The notes below the pieces were generated by a model. That model saw only the letters and a list, made by a program, of their open reading frames with translations, was not told the origin of the DNA and searched no databases. DNA of 34,464 bases from Armatimonadota bacterium (GTDB taxonomy: Bacteria > Armatimonadota > UBA10988), in contig JACRKZ010000101.1 of assembly GCA_016235455.1 (NCBI GenBank), positions 1 through 34,464 on the forward strand, given 5' to 3'. The position numbers and the translations under genes were made by a program. Below are positions 10,350 through 19,485 of this stretch, in pieces (position 1 is the stretch's first letter; the number at the start of each line of letters is the position of its first letter).

Positions 10350-10748
10350 ATGATGACCGATCCGATTTCGGATATGTTGACGCGGATTCGCAATGCCAAC
10401 CAGCAGAAGCTGGTGCAGGTGGATATTCCGCACTCGAACCTGAAGGCTCAGATTGCCCGCATCCTTTTGGCGGAGGGCTATATCAAGAGCTGGAAAGTCG
10501 TCGAGGAGGAAGGTCCCCAGGACACGATCCGCATCAAGCTCAAGTACGGCCCCAAGAACGAGCGGGTGATCAGCCATCTCGAACGCGTGAGCAAGCCGGG
10601 CCGGCGTATCTACCTGCCGCGCAAGCGATTGCCGCGGGTCCTCAGCGGCCTGGGTGTGGCCATTGTGTCCACCTCCCAGGGCGTCATGACCGACCGCGAC
10701 GCGCGCCGACAGGGCGTGGGCGGCGAGGTGCTGTGCACGGTCTATTGA
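10350..10748 (+). CDS. rpsH: 30S ribosomal protein S8 (uS8)
   Basis: MTDPISDMLTRIRNA...RVSKPGRRIY...STSQGVMTD...GGEVLC. Confidence 0.99.
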   Translation: MMTDPISDMLTRIRNANQQKLVQVDIPHSNLKAQIARILLAEGYIKSWKVVEEEGPQDTIRIKLKYGPKNERVISHLERVSKPGRRIYLPRKRLPRVLSGLGVAIVSTSQGVMTDRDARRQGVGGEVLCTVY

Positions 10749-10792
10749 GCGGCCTGGCAACGGTTCAGGCGGCTTGTTAAGGAGAGGGTTCG

Positions 10793-11341
10793 ATGTCTCG
10801 CGTTGGACGAGCTCCGATTCCCCTGGCCAAGGGCGTGACGATCGACATCCAGGGTTCGGTCGTCACGGTCAAGGGCCCCATGGGGTCGATTACGAAGAGC
10901 TTCCATCCCGACATGACCGTGGAGGTTGTCGATGGTGTGGCGCAAGTCACACGACCCAGCGACAACCGCGACCATCGGTCGCTGCACGGCTTGACCCGCG
11001 CGCTCTTGGCCAACATGGTCAAGGGCGTGACCGAAGGGCACAAGCGGGCATTGCTGGTCACGGGTATTGGTTTTCGCTGTGAGCAGATCGGCTCGTTTGT
11101 GTCGATCAGCTGCGGCTTGAGCCACCCGGTGCTGGTGCGCCCGGAAGCCGGTGTTGAAGTCAAGGTGGAAACTGCCAACAAAGTGGTGGTGAGCGGCATC
11201 GACAAGGAGCTGGTCGGCGACGTCGCCGCACGGATCCGTGCCGTCCGCAAGGTCAAGCCGTACATCTTCCGCGGCGACTTCCAGGGCATCCGCTACGAGG
11301 ATGAGCGGCCGCGGCGCAAGGCCGGGAAGCAGGGAGTCTAA
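10793..11341 (+). CDS. rplF: 50S ribosomal protein L6 (uL6), with an altered C-terminal signature
   Basis: [36 protein letters not shown]...RRKAGK. Confidence 0.97.
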   Translation: MSRVGRAPIPLAKGVTIDIQGSVVTVKGPMGSITKSFHPDMTVEVVDGVAQVTRPSDNRDHRSLHGLTRALLANMVKGVTEGHKRALLVTGIGFRCEQIGSFVSISCGLSHPVLVRPEAGVEVKVETANKVVVSGIDKELVGDVAARIRAVRKVKPYIFRGDFQGIRYEDERPRRKAGKQGV

Positions 11342-11343
11342 CC

Positions 11344-11709
11344 GTGGGTAAGAGCGTTGACCGCTACACCGGTCGTGTGCGCCGCCAACGGCGCGTCCGC
11401 AAGAAGGTGCGCGGCACGGGCGAGCGCCCGCGGCTGAGCGTCTTCCGCAGCGAACACCATGTGTACGCGCAGTTGATTGACGACGAGCGCGGCTTCACGC
11501 TGGCGGCTGCGTCCACCCTTGACTCCGAGCTCAAGGGCGAGGTCACTGGGCGCAACTGCCCCTCGGCCCGGCAGGTTGGCATGCTCATCGCCAAACGGGC
11601 CAAGGAGAAGGGCATCGACACCGTCGTGTTCGATCGCAACGGCTACGTCTACCATGGCGTGGTCAAGGCGGTCGCCGAAGGTGCTCGCGAAGGAGAGTTG
11701 GTCCTATGA
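11344..11709 (+). CDS. rplR: 50S ribosomal protein L18 (uL18)
   Basis: [19 protein letters not shown]...[12 protein letters not shown]; GTG start. Confidence 0.98.
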   Translation: MGKSVDRYTGRVRRQRRVRKKVRGTGERPRLSVFRSEHHVYAQLIDDERGFTLAAASTLDSELKGEVTGRNCPSARQVGMLIAKRAKEKGIDTVVFDRNGYVYHGVVKAVAEGAREGELVL

Positions 11710-12305
11710 GCGAGGCTGGCGACAATGTCTTCGGTCGTGGCCGACGAGGCCGTGATGGCGATGGCCCGCGCGGTCGTCGCGATCGTGCGCCGCGCCGCGA
11801 CGAGGGACCGACCCTCGACGAGCGCGTGGTGAACATCGCCCGCGTCGACAAAGTGCACAAGGGTGGTCGCAACCTGTCCTGGCGCGCGCTGGTGGTGGTT
11901 GGCGACAACCAGGGCCACGTGGGCGCCGCCATCGGCAAGGCCCGCGAAATCCCGGATGCCATCCGCAAGGGCTCCGAGCGCGCCCGCAAGGACATGATCA
12001 CGGTCAAGCTGGTGGGCGGTACCATTCCGCACACCGTGCAGACGCGTGTGCAGACGGCGGACGTGCTGCTCAAGCCGGCCGTGCCGGGTACCGGTGTCAT
12101 CGCTGGTGGTCCGGTGCGCGCGGTCATGGAGGCGGCTGGTGTGAGCGACGTGTTGACCAAGAGCCTCGGCTCGAACAATCCGGTCAACATCGTCTGGGCG
12201 ACCATCGCGGCGTTGCGCAGCCTGCGCACCGTCGACGCCGTCGCCGAGCTGCGCGGCCTGCAGGTCCACGAAGTGGGCTTCCGACCGCGGCAGACGGGAG
12301 AGTAG
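11706..12305 (+). CDS. rpsE: 30S ribosomal protein S5 (uS5)
   Basis: KGGR...ALVVVGD...[30 protein letters not shown]. Confidence 0.98.
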   Translation: MSEAGDNVFGRGRRGRDGDGPRGRRDRAPRRDEGPTLDERVVNIARVDKVHKGGRNLSWRALVVVGDNQGHVGAAIGKAREIPDAIRKGSERARKDMITVKLVGGTIPHTVQTRVQTADVLLKPAVPGTGVIAGGPVRAVMEAAGVSDVLTKSLGSNNPVNIVWATIAALRSLRTVDAVAELRGLQVHEVGFRPRQTGE

Positions 12306-12306
12306 C

Positions 12307-12492
12307 ATGGCCCGCTTGCGGATCACTTGGATTAGGAGCGCCAGCGGGCGGCATCAGAACCAGCACGCCACGTTGCGCACGCTGGGCCTGCGTCGGCTCA
12401 ACCATAGCGTCGAGCGGGACGATGATCCCACCACGCTGGGGTTGATCAACACGGTGGTCCACCTGTTGAAAGTAGAAGAGGTGTCTTCATGA
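12307..12492 (+). CDS. rpmD: 50S ribosomal protein L30 (uL30)
   Basis: LRITWIRS..G...ATLRTLGLRRLN...HLLKVEE. Confidence 0.97.
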   Translation: MARLRITWIRSASGRHQNQHATLRTLGLRRLNHSVERDDDPTTLGLINTVVHLLKVEEVSS

Positions 12493-12965
12493 GGCTGGAA
12501 GACCTGCAGCCGAATGCCGGCGCACATCGCGAGCGCAAGCGCATTGGCCGCGGCCACGGCAGTGGCACGGGTAAAACCAGCGGCCGCGGCCAAAAGGGCC
12601 AAGGCTCGCGGGCGGGTGGCGGTCCTCGACCTGGTTTCGAGGGCGGTCAGACGCCGCTGAGTATGCGCACCCCCAAGCTGCGCGGTCCCTACTCGCGCCG
12701 CTCGCGCAACATCGGTCTGTTCGAAAAGACCTATTCGATTGTCAACGTCGGGCAGCTCAACAGCTTTGCCGAAGGCACCGAGGTGACCCAAGACCTGTTG
12801 GTCGACCTGAACCTCTGTGGCAAGGGCAAGGATGGCCTGCGCGTGCTCGGCAATGGCGAGCTGACGGTCAAGTTGACCATCACGGCGCAGCACTTTACCG
12901 GTTCGGCCAAGACGAAGATCGAGGCCGCCGGCGGCCAGGCACTGCTCTTGGGTGATGTCAACTAG
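12489..12965 (+). CDS. rplO: 50S ribosomal protein L15 (uL15)
   Basis: RIGRGHGSGTGKTSGRGQKGQ, GFEGGQTPL, KIEAAGG. Confidence 0.99.
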   Translation: MRLEDLQPNAGAHRERKRIGRGHGSGTGKTSGRGQKGQGSRAGGGPRPGFEGGQTPLSMRTPKLRGPYSRRSRNIGLFEKTYSIVNVGQLNSFAEGTEVTQDLLVDLNLCGKGKDGLRVLGNGELTVKLTITAQHFTGSAKTKIEAAGGQALLLGDVN

Positions 12966-13001
12966 GATGGTCACGGCGGGTGACCCACAGGAGTGCTCAG
13001 C

Positions 13002-14318
13002 ATGAAGATGATCTCTCAGCTCCAGGAAGCAGCCAAGCTGCCGGACCTCCGGCAGCGCATGCTGTTCATGCTCTGGGGCTTCCTCATCTTCATCATTGGT
13101 CGCCACATCCCGTTGGCGCAGGTGAACCGTGCGGCACTGGAGAACCTGTTCGGCGGCAGCGGGGGCAGTGAGAATCTGTTCGGCATGCTGAACATGTTCT
13201 CCGGCGGCGCGCTGAAGCAGTTCAGCATCTTCGCGCTGGGCGTCATGCCGTACATCAATGCGTCGATCATGATGCAGCTGATGACGGTGGCCATGCCGCA
13301 GCTCAAGAAACTGGCCCAGGAAGGCGAGCATGGCCGCAAGGTCATGGCTGCCTGGACCCGCTGGATGACGGTGGGCCTGGCCTTCGCCCAGGGCTTCGGC
13401 CTGACGCAGATGCTGCGCTCGGCCGGCGCTCTCAGCGGCGGCGTGGGCTCGCAGCTGGGTATCGTCATGGCCGTGGCGGCGGGTACGATGTTCCTGCTGT
13501 GGCTGGGCGAGCAGATCACGGACAAGGGCATCGGCAACGGCGTGTCCCTGATCATCTTCATCGGCATCATGGTTTCCATGCCGGGCGAAGTGATGCAGAC
13601 CCTGCTGTTGCTGCGCGAAGGTTCGATCAGCGTGTTCTCCGTGCTGCTCTTGGCGGTGTTCGTGGTGGGTACCATCATGGGCATCATCTTCATCCAGCAG
13701 GGCGAGCGGCAGATCCGCGTGCAGTATGCACGCCGCGTGGTGGGCACCCGCATGATGGGTGGCGCCTCGACCTACCTGCCGATGAAGGTCAACCAGGCCG
13801 GCGTGATGCCGATCATCTTCGCCATCTCGGTGGCGCTGTTCCCGCGTACCATCGTGACGTTCATCCCCAGCCAGGCGCCGTGGTTCCTGGCGCTCAAGGG
13901 GTTCGTCGACACGTGGCTCACGCCCAACAGCCGGCCGGGCGCGCCGATGCTCGTCTCGCTGACCTTCTACTTCATCCTGGTGGTGGCGTTCACGTTCTTC
14001 TACACCGCGGTGACGTACGATCCCGTCGACGTGGCCGACAACCTGAAGAAGTACGGTGGCCAGATCAAGGGCATCCGCGCGGGCTCGGAGACGGCTCGCT
14101 ACATCGACCGGGTGCTGACCCGCATCACCTTCGCGGGCGCGCTGTTCCTGGGCATCCTGGCGCTGCTGCCGTACCTGGTCCCGCACATCACGGGCGTGAC
14201 CACCATCGGTCTGGTCGGCGGCACCTCGCTGCTCATCGTGATTGGCGTGGCCATGGAGACCATGCAGCAGATCGAAGCACACCTGCTCATGCGCCACTAC
14301 AAGGGCTTCATAGGCTAA
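13002..14318 (+). CDS. secY: Preprotein translocase subunit SecY
   Basis: SIFALGVMPYINASI, WLGEQITDKGIGNGVSL, GGTSLLIVIGV; ATG 13002 lies downstream of AGGAG. Confidence 0.99.
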   Translation: MKMISQLQEAAKLPDLRQRMLFMLWGFLIFIIGRHIPLAQVNRAALENLFGGSGGSENLFGMLNMFSGGALKQFSIFALGVMPYINASIMMQLMTVAMPQLKKLAQEGEHGRKVMAAWTRWMTVGLAFAQGFGLTQMLRSAGALSGGVGSQLGIVMAVAAGTMFLLWLGEQITDKGIGNGVSLIIFIGIMVSMPGEVMQTLLLLREGSISVFSVLLLAVFVVGTIMGIIFIQQGERQIRVQYARRVVGTRMMGGASTYLPMKVNQAGVMPIIFAISVALFPRTIVTFIPSQAPWFLALKGFVDTWLTPNSRPGAPMLVSLTFYFILVVAFTFFYTAVTYDPVDVADNLKKYGGQIKGIRAGSETARYIDRVLTRITFAGALFLGILALLPYLVPHITGVTTIGLVGGTSLLIVIGVAMETMQQIEAHLLMRHYKGFIG

Positions 14319-14331
14319 GAGGAGCGAATCC

Positions 14332-14973
14332 ATGCGGCTGTTGATCTTCGGGCCTCCGGGTGCCGGGAAGGGTACCGTGGCCCAGGATGTGACGTCGGCG
14401 CTGTCGCTGCCGCACATCTCCACGGGCGATATGCTGCGCGCGGCGGTGGCTTCGGGCAGCGAGCTTGGCCAGAAGGTCAAGGCGGTCATGGAGTCCGGCG
14501 CCCTGGTCTCCGATGACCTGATCATCGATCTGGTGCGGGACCGCATCGCGCAACCGGACGCCGCTGGCGGCTGGATGCTCGACGGCTTTCCGCGCACGTT
14601 GCCGCAGGCGCAGGCCTTGGACGCTGCGCTGACCGAGCTCGGTGGCGGCATCGACAAGGTCATCATGATTGACGTGCCGGACGCGCTCATCGTCGACCGC
14701 CTCAGCGGCCGACGCGTGTGCAAGGCCTGCGGCGCGGGCTACCATGCGACATTCAGCCCGCCCAGCACTGAAGGCGTTTGCGATAAGTGCGGTGGCGAGG
14801 TGATCCAGCGGGCCGACGACTCGTCGGAGACCGTACTCAAGCGGCTTGGCACATACGCCGACCAAACGGCGCCGCTGATCCGTTTTTATGAATCCCGTGG
14901 TATCCTGGAAAGGTTCGACAATACCGGGTCGGCCCAGGACACCGTGGCCAAAGTGGTCGCTGCGCTGTCCTAG
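14332..14973 (+). CDS. adk: Adenylate kinase with a Zn-binding LID
   Basis: [29 protein letters not shown]...CDKC, QRADD. Confidence 0.99.
   Translation: MRLLIFGPPGAGKGTVAQDVTSALSLPHISTGDMLRAAVASGSELGQKVKAVMESGALVSDDLIIDLVRDRIAQPDAAGGWMLDGFPRTLPQAQALDAALTELGGGIDKVIMIDVPDALIVDRLSGRRVCKACGAGYHATFSPPSTEGVCDKCGGEVIQRADDSSETVLKRLGTYADQTAPLIRFYESRGILERFDNTGSAQDTVAKVVAALS
14898..14906 (+). promoter_or_regulatory. Candidate extended -10 promoter inside the adk 3' end, possibly driving infA-rpmJ-rpsM-rpsK-rpoA
   Basis: TGgTATCCT preceded by the AT-rich run cgtttttatgaat, atypical for this GC3-rich gene. Confidence 0.4.
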
Positions 14974-15059
14974 GTTCCGAGCGGCCAGGCCGTGAGGCTG
15001 GGCCTGAAGGCCCTAGTGCCGCCGGAGACCAGCGCGCGTTGCGCAGCAGAGGAGTTCAG

Positions 15060-15287
15060 ATGGCGAAAGGGGACAAGCCCGAGGTCGAAGGCATCGTGCG
15101 GGAATGCCTGCCGAATGCCGAGTTCATCGTGGAAATCGATGTAGCCGGCACGAAGCACAAGGTCCATGCCCATGTTTCTGGCAAGATCAGGATGCACTTT
15201 ATCAAGATTCTGCCTGGTGACAGGGTGCTGGTCGAGTTGACCCCGTACGATCCCGGTCGGGGACGTATCCTCTATCGCTACAAATAG
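15060..15287 (+). CDS. infA: Translation initiation factor IF-1
   Basis: [15 protein letters not shown]...[32 protein letters not shown]; SD AGGAG. Confidence 0.98.
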   Translation: MAKGDKPEVEGIVRECLPNAEFIVEIDVAGTKHKVHAHVSGKIRMHFIKILPGDRVLVELTPYDPGRGRILYRYK

Positions 15288-15335
15288 ACTGCCGCGGGCC
15301 CGTCAGGGCTCGCCCGAGGTCGGGAGCGGTTTGAG

Positions 15336-15449
15336 ATGAAGGTGCGATCGTCAGTTCGCAAACGCTGCGAGCGGTGCAAGATCATCAAGCGCCGCGGTGT
15401 CGTGCGTGTGATTTGCACTAACCCCAAGCACAAGCAGCGACAGGGTTAG
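15336..15449 (+). CDS. rpmJ: 50S ribosomal protein L36 (bL36, Zn-binding); too short for the ORF track
   Basis: Manual translation gives [37 protein letters not shown]. Confidence 0.98.
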   Translation: MKVRSSVRKRCERCKIIKRRGVVRVICTNPKHKQRQG

Positions 15450-15469
15450 GATAGGGCAGGAGGAGCTAG

Positions 15470-15844
15470 GTGGCCCGCGTAGCAGGTGTTGATCTTCCCA
15501 ACCATAAGCGGTTGGAGGTGGCCCTGACCTACATCTACGGCATCGGCCGAAGCCGAGCGCTGGAGATCTGTGAGGTCTGTGGTCTGGAAGCGATGAGCCG
15601 CATCGGCGATCTGACCGATGAGGAACTGAACCGCGTGCGTGATTGCATCGACCGGGACTACCGCGTCGAGGGCGACCTGCGCCGTGAGGTGCAGGCGAAC
15701 ATCCGTCGGTTGATCGAAATTGGTGCGTACCGTGGGCGGCGCCACCGCATGGGCTTGCCCGTGCGTGGTCAGCGCACGAAGACCAATGCCCGCACCCGTA
15801 AGGGCAAGGCGAAGACCGTCGGCAAGAAGAAGGGCAAGCGGTAA
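15470..15844 (+). CDS. rpsM: 30S ribosomal protein S13 (uS13)
   Basis: [43 protein letters not shown]. Confidence 0.99.
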   Translation: MARVAGVDLPNHKRLEVALTYIYGIGRSRALEICEVCGLEAMSRIGDLTDEELNRVRDCIDRDYRVEGDLRREVQANIRRLIEIGAYRGRRHRMGLPVRGQRTKTNARTRKGKAKTVGKKKGKR

Positions 15845-15862
15845 GGTAAGGGAGTAGAGTCG

Positions 15863-16249
15863 ATGCGTCAGAGCGAGACCCGACGGCGGCGCGAGCGGCG
15901 CCATGTGCCCCGTGGCGTGGTGCACATTCAGTCGTCCTTCAATAACACCATTGTGACCATCAGCGACCAGGCCGGCCAGCCGGTGTCCTGGGCCAGCTGC
16001 GGCACGGTCGGGTTCAAGGGCACCAAGAAGGGTTCTCCCTTCCCCGCCCAGCTCGCCGCCGAAGCTGCTGCCCGTAAGGCGCAGGAATATGGCATGAAGC
16101 AGGTCGAGGTCTACGTCAAGGGACCCGGCAGTGGCCGTGAAACGGCCATCCGCGCCATCGAGAATGCGGGCCTCGAAGTCCTCCTGATCAAGGACGTGAC
16201 GCCGATTCCGCACAACGGGTGCCGGCCGCCCAAGCGCCGTCGCGTCTAG
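15863..16249 (+). CDS. rpsK: 30S ribosomal protein S11 (uS11)
   Basis: [43 protein letters not shown]. Confidence 0.99.
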   Translation: MRQSETRRRRERRHVPRGVVHIQSSFNNTIVTISDQAGQPVSWASCGTVGFKGTKKGSPFPAQLAAEAAARKAQEYGMKQVEVYVKGPGSGRETAIRAIENAGLEVLLIKDVTPIPHNGCRPPKRRRV

Positions 16250-16322
16250 ACGCGGGCGTGAGCGTTACGCTGGGGCGTGGGCTGACCACGCCCATGGCTA
16301 GCTGGACGACGCGGGAGAGAAC

Positions 16323-17303
16323 ATGATCAAGGTTGCAGGCAAAGAGCCGATCGTCGATCCGGTGCGGGTCACCCCGGACTACGGTAAGTTCGTCGTTGAG
16401 CCGTTGCCCCATGGCTTCGGCACGACGATGGGCAATGCCCTCAGGCGGGTGCTGCTCAATTCGGTGCCGGGTGTGGCTATCACCGCGGCGCGCATTGAGG
16501 GCGTGGCGCACGAGTTCACCACGCTGCCCCACGTGCTGGAGGACATGACGGAACTGATCCTCAACCTCAAAGAGGTGGCGTTCCAGGTCAACCAGGCATC
16601 GCTGCTGGAGTCGGACACGCCGCAGCGCTTCCCCGGCCGCATCGAGGCCGAGGGCAAGGGTGAGGTGACCGGCGCCGACATCGTGGTCATGGGTGGCGAC
16701 ATCGAGGTGGTCAATCCGGATCTGCACTTGGCGCATCTGACCCATGATGACGCGCGCCTGGTGATTGACCTGACCATCGAGACGGGCGTGGGCTACACGG
16801 CGGCTGACAAGCATGACGTGTCGCAGATGGGCCTCGGGGTCATTCCCGTCGACAGCCTGTTCACGCCGGTGACGCGGGTCAACCATGTCGTGGAAAGCAC
16901 GCGCGTTGGCCATCAGACCGACCTGGACCGGCTGATCCTGGAGATCTGGACCAACGCCGCGATGGGCCCGGTGAACGCGTTGTCGCAGGCGGCACGCATC
17001 CTGGATGAGTACTTCCGGCTGTTCTTCGACTTCCGTGCCGAGCCGTCGGACGAGTCCCCGGCGCGGGCTGCCCGCTTGGACGGGCCGCGCGCGGAAGGCT
17101 TGGAAGCGAAGATCGAGGAGTTGGACTTCTCGGTTCGCACTTACAACTGCTTGAAGAAAGAGCACATCGACACCATCGGCGAGTTGGTGCAGTTGTCCGA
17201 GAAGTCGTTGCTGGAGATTCGTAATCTCGGCACGAAGTCGCTCAATGAGATCAAGGACAAGCTGGCCGAGCGCGGCATGGGCCTCGCCGAAGACGAAGGG
17301 TAA
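16323..17303 (+). CDS. rpoA: DNA-directed RNA polymerase subunit alpha
   Basis: YGKFVVEPL..GFGTTMGNALRRVLL, HEF, IEELDFSVRTYNCLK, IRNLGTKSLNEI. Confidence 0.99.
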   Translation: MIKVAGKEPIVDPVRVTPDYGKFVVEPLPHGFGTTMGNALRRVLLNSVPGVAITAARIEGVAHEFTTLPHVLEDMTELILNLKEVAFQVNQASLLESDTPQRFPGRIEAEGKGEVTGADIVVMGGDIEVVNPDLHLAHLTHDDARLVIDLTIETGVGYTAADKHDVSQMGLGVIPVDSLFTPVTRVNHVVESTRVGHQTDLDRLILEIWTNAAMGPVNALSQAARILDEYFRLFFDFRAEPSDESPARAARLDGPRAEGLEAKIEELDFSVRTYNCLKKEHIDTIGELVQLSEKSLLEIRNLGTKSLNEIKDKLAERGMGLAEDEG

Positions 17304-17309
17304 GCGACG

Positions 17310-17732
17310 ATGCGACATCGCAAAGCCAATGCACATTTGAACCGGCCCACCGACCAGCGCCTGGCCATGCTGCGCGAGCTGGCCAGTGGCGTCATTTACA
17401 ACGGCAAGATTGAGACCACGGTGGTGCGCTGCAAGGCCACCCGCCCGTACCTTGAGAAGCTGGTGACCAAGGCCGTTCGCGGCCTGCGCTTTGACGAAGC
17501 GGCCGCGGCCGCCACGAACCCCGAGGATGCGGCTCGGCTGCGCGCTCAGTCGGTGCATCTGCGCCGCATTGTGCGCGCCAAGCTGCAGAGCCCGGAGTTG
17601 GTCAAGCACCTGTTCGACCAGGTGGCGCCCCACTTCAAGACTCGGCCGGGCGGCTACACGCGCATCGTGCGCACGGGCTTCCGACGTGGCGACGGCGCCG
17701 AGACGGCGCAGTTGTCCTGGGTCGAGAGCTGA
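17310..17732 (+). CDS. rplQ: 50S ribosomal protein L17 (bL17)
   Basis: MRHRK...KIETT...RPGGYTRI...RRGDGA. Confidence 0.98.
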   Translation: MRHRKANAHLNRPTDQRLAMLRELASGVIYNGKIETTVVRCKATRPYLEKLVTKAVRGLRFDEAAAAATNPEDAARLRAQSVHLRRIVRAKLQSPELVKHLFDQVAPHFKTRPGGYTRIVRTGFRRGDGAETAQLSWVES

Positions 17733-17742
17733 TCTTCGGACC

Positions 17743-18492
17743 GTGGGTAGCGAGTACGTACCGATCCGAGCCACGGTGGCGTATGACGGCACCGACTTCG
17801 CGGGTTTCCAGCGGCAGCCCAATGTGCGCACGGTACAGGGCGAGTTGGAGCGAGCGCTGGCTGGACTCTACGGCCATCCAGTGACGGTGCGAGGCGCCGG
17901 TCGAACGGATGCCGGGGTCCATGCGCGAGGCCAGGTGATGGCCTGCATGGTGCCGGCCACCGTGCCACCGGAGAAGGTGGCGCATGTGCTGGGCGGCTGG
18001 TTGCCGGCTGACGTGGCGCTGCGCGAGAGCAGCGCGTCGGATGAGGGTTTCGACCCGCGCCGGCACGCGGTACGGCGGGTCTATCGATACTGCTTTGTGC
18101 AGGATCGCTGCCGCGATCCGTTGCGTGACAGGTTCGTCACTCGGCTCTGGCCGGGTCTGGACCTGGGCGCGATGGAGCAGGCGGCAGGGCTGTTGCTGGG
18201 CGACCACGACTTTCGGTCGTTCTGCACTGTGGATGATGAGGACGAGTCGACAACGGTTCGGACTCTCGGCGATGTGCGCTTCGAGACGCACGGGCCGCGA
18301 ACCACGGTGCAATGGGAAGCACGGAGCTTCCTGCGTAAGCAAGTCCGGTGTATGATGGGAGCGCTGTTCGCCGTCGGGCGTGGCAAGTTTGCTCCGCGGG
18401 TGATCGGAGAGATGCTGGCCGGGCAGGCGTGGCCGCCGCAGATGGCAGTGGCACCGCCGCAAGGGCTGGTTTTTGAGCGAGTGGATTACTGA
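17743..18492 (+). CDS. truA: tRNA pseudouridine(38-40) synthase TruA
   Basis: VAYDGTDFAGFQRQP..RTVQGEL, AGRTDAGVHARGQV, G.HDFRSF, SFLRKQVR, APPQGL; GTG start at 17743 inferred. Confidence 0.96.
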   Translation: MGSEYVPIRATVAYDGTDFAGFQRQPNVRTVQGELERALAGLYGHPVTVRGAGRTDAGVHARGQVMACMVPATVPPEKVAHVLGGWLPADVALRESSASDEGFDPRRHAVRRVYRYCFVQDRCRDPLRDRFVTRLWPGLDLGAMEQAAGLLLGDHDFRSFCTVDDEDESTTVRTLGDVRFETHGPRTTVQWEARSFLRKQVRCMMGALFAVGRGKFAPRVIGEMLAGQAWPPQMAVAPPQGLVFERVDY

Positions 18493-18501
18493 GAGGACCA
18501 G

Positions 18502-18936
18502 ATGAAGAGCTATCAGGCCAAGCCGCAGGAGATTGAGGCCACGCGAGCCTGGTTGGTGGTCGATGCGGCCAACAAGCCGCTCGGTCGCCTTGCCACGGAA
18601 ATCGCGACCCGCCTGCGCGGCAAGCACAAGCCCGTGTTCACCCCGAACGTGGACTGCGGCGACCATGTGATCGTGATCAATGCCGGTCAGATCGCCCTCA
18701 CGGGCCGCAAGGCCGAGCAGAAGATGTACTACCGCCACAGCGGCTATCCGGGCGGCTTGCGCGCTACCAGCTATGGTAGCCTGCGCGCCAATCGCCCTGA
18801 GCTGATGCTGGAGTTGGCGGTCAAGCGCATGCTGCCGAGGACCGTTCTGGGCCGACAGCAGATCCGCCGCATGAAGGTTTACGCCGGCGCGGAGCATCCG
18901 CACATGGCCCAGCAGCCCATCGAGCTGCACATCTAA
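18502..18936 (+). CDS. rplM: 50S ribosomal protein L13 (uL13)
   Basis: WLVVDA...LGRLA...[31 protein letters not shown]. Confidence 0.99.
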   Translation: MKSYQAKPQEIEATRAWLVVDAANKPLGRLATEIATRLRGKHKPVFTPNVDCGDHVIVINAGQIALTGRKAEQKMYYRHSGYPGGLRATSYGSLRANRPELMLELAVKRMLPRTVLGRQQIRRMKVYAGAEHPHMAQQPIELHI

Positions 18937-18948
18937 GGAGAGGTTGCA

Positions 18949-19347
18949 ATGCCGACGGGCGAAACGTATTACGGCACGGGCCACCGCAAGACGGCGGTGG
19001 CACGGGTGTGGCTGGTAGCCGGCGGTAGTGGCCAATTCACGGTCAACTACAAGTCGCTGGACGAGTTCTGCTCGGTCTCCACCTACCACGGCGAGCTGCA
19101 GGGGCCCTTCGCGGTCACTGGTACCAGCGGTCAGTTCGACGTGTGGGCCACGACCAACGGCGGTGGTGTGCACAGCCAGATGGGCGCCATCCGCCACGGC
19201 ATCGCCAAGGCGTTGACTGAGTATGAGGCCACGCTGCGCCCCATTCTGCGCCCGACCGGCTTCCTGACCCGCGACCCGCGTGTCAAGGAACGCAAGAAGT
19301 TCGGCCGCAAGCGCGCCCGCCGCGGCTTCCAGTTCAGCAAGCGCTGA
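18949..19347 (+). CDS. rpsI: 30S ribosomal protein S9 (uS9)
   Basis: YYGTGHRKTAVARV, GGG..SQ.GAIRHGI, LTRDPRVKERKK...QFSKR. Confidence 0.99.
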   Translation: MPTGETYYGTGHRKTAVARVWLVAGGSGQFTVNYKSLDEFCSVSTYHGELQGPFAVTGTSGQFDVWATTNGGGVHSQMGAIRHGIAKALTEYEATLRPILRPTGFLTRDPRVKERKKFGRKRARRGFQFSKR

Positions 19348-19374
19348 TCGGGCTTCGGCTTCGAGTCAGTGTTC

Positions 19375-19408
19375 GAGGGGTCTGCTTCGGCGGACCCCTT
19401 CGCTGTTT
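19375..19408 (+). terminator. Probable terminator hairpin closing the r-protein operon
   Basis: gaggggtctgc-TTCG-gcggacccctt (cUUCGg tetraloop, 11 bp), followed by cgctgttt. Confidence 0.65.
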
Positions 19409-19429
19409 GGGTGGGCGGCGCGGCCAGGG

Positions 19430-19458
19430 GTGCAACCTCGATTGCGCTGTGGTACACT
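19430..19458 (+). promoter_or_regulatory. Candidate sigma70 promoter for the LysM/NlpC gene
   Basis: GTGCAA-17 nt-TACACT with an extended TG at 19450-19451. Confidence 0.5.
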
Positions 19459-19485
19459 AACACCATGAGAGGGTCGGAGAGCCGT

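Noticed and set aside
12354-14723. 789-aa minus-strand ORF, and similar long antisense ORFs (4741-6210, 6599-8218, 16188-17831, 17635-19197, 19495-21624, 21634-23424)
   Set aside because: Shadow frames opposite well-supported genes. High GC3 removes stop codons on the antisense strand, and the translations show no recognisable motifs.
17474-17552. Ala-rich helical insertion in bL17
   Set aside because: Insertions at this position are known in several phyla, so it is not distinctive by itself.
17491-17742. Apparent long N-terminal extension of TruA overlapping rplQ
   Set aside because: This is only an open frame upstream of the real start; TruA homology begins after GTG 17743.
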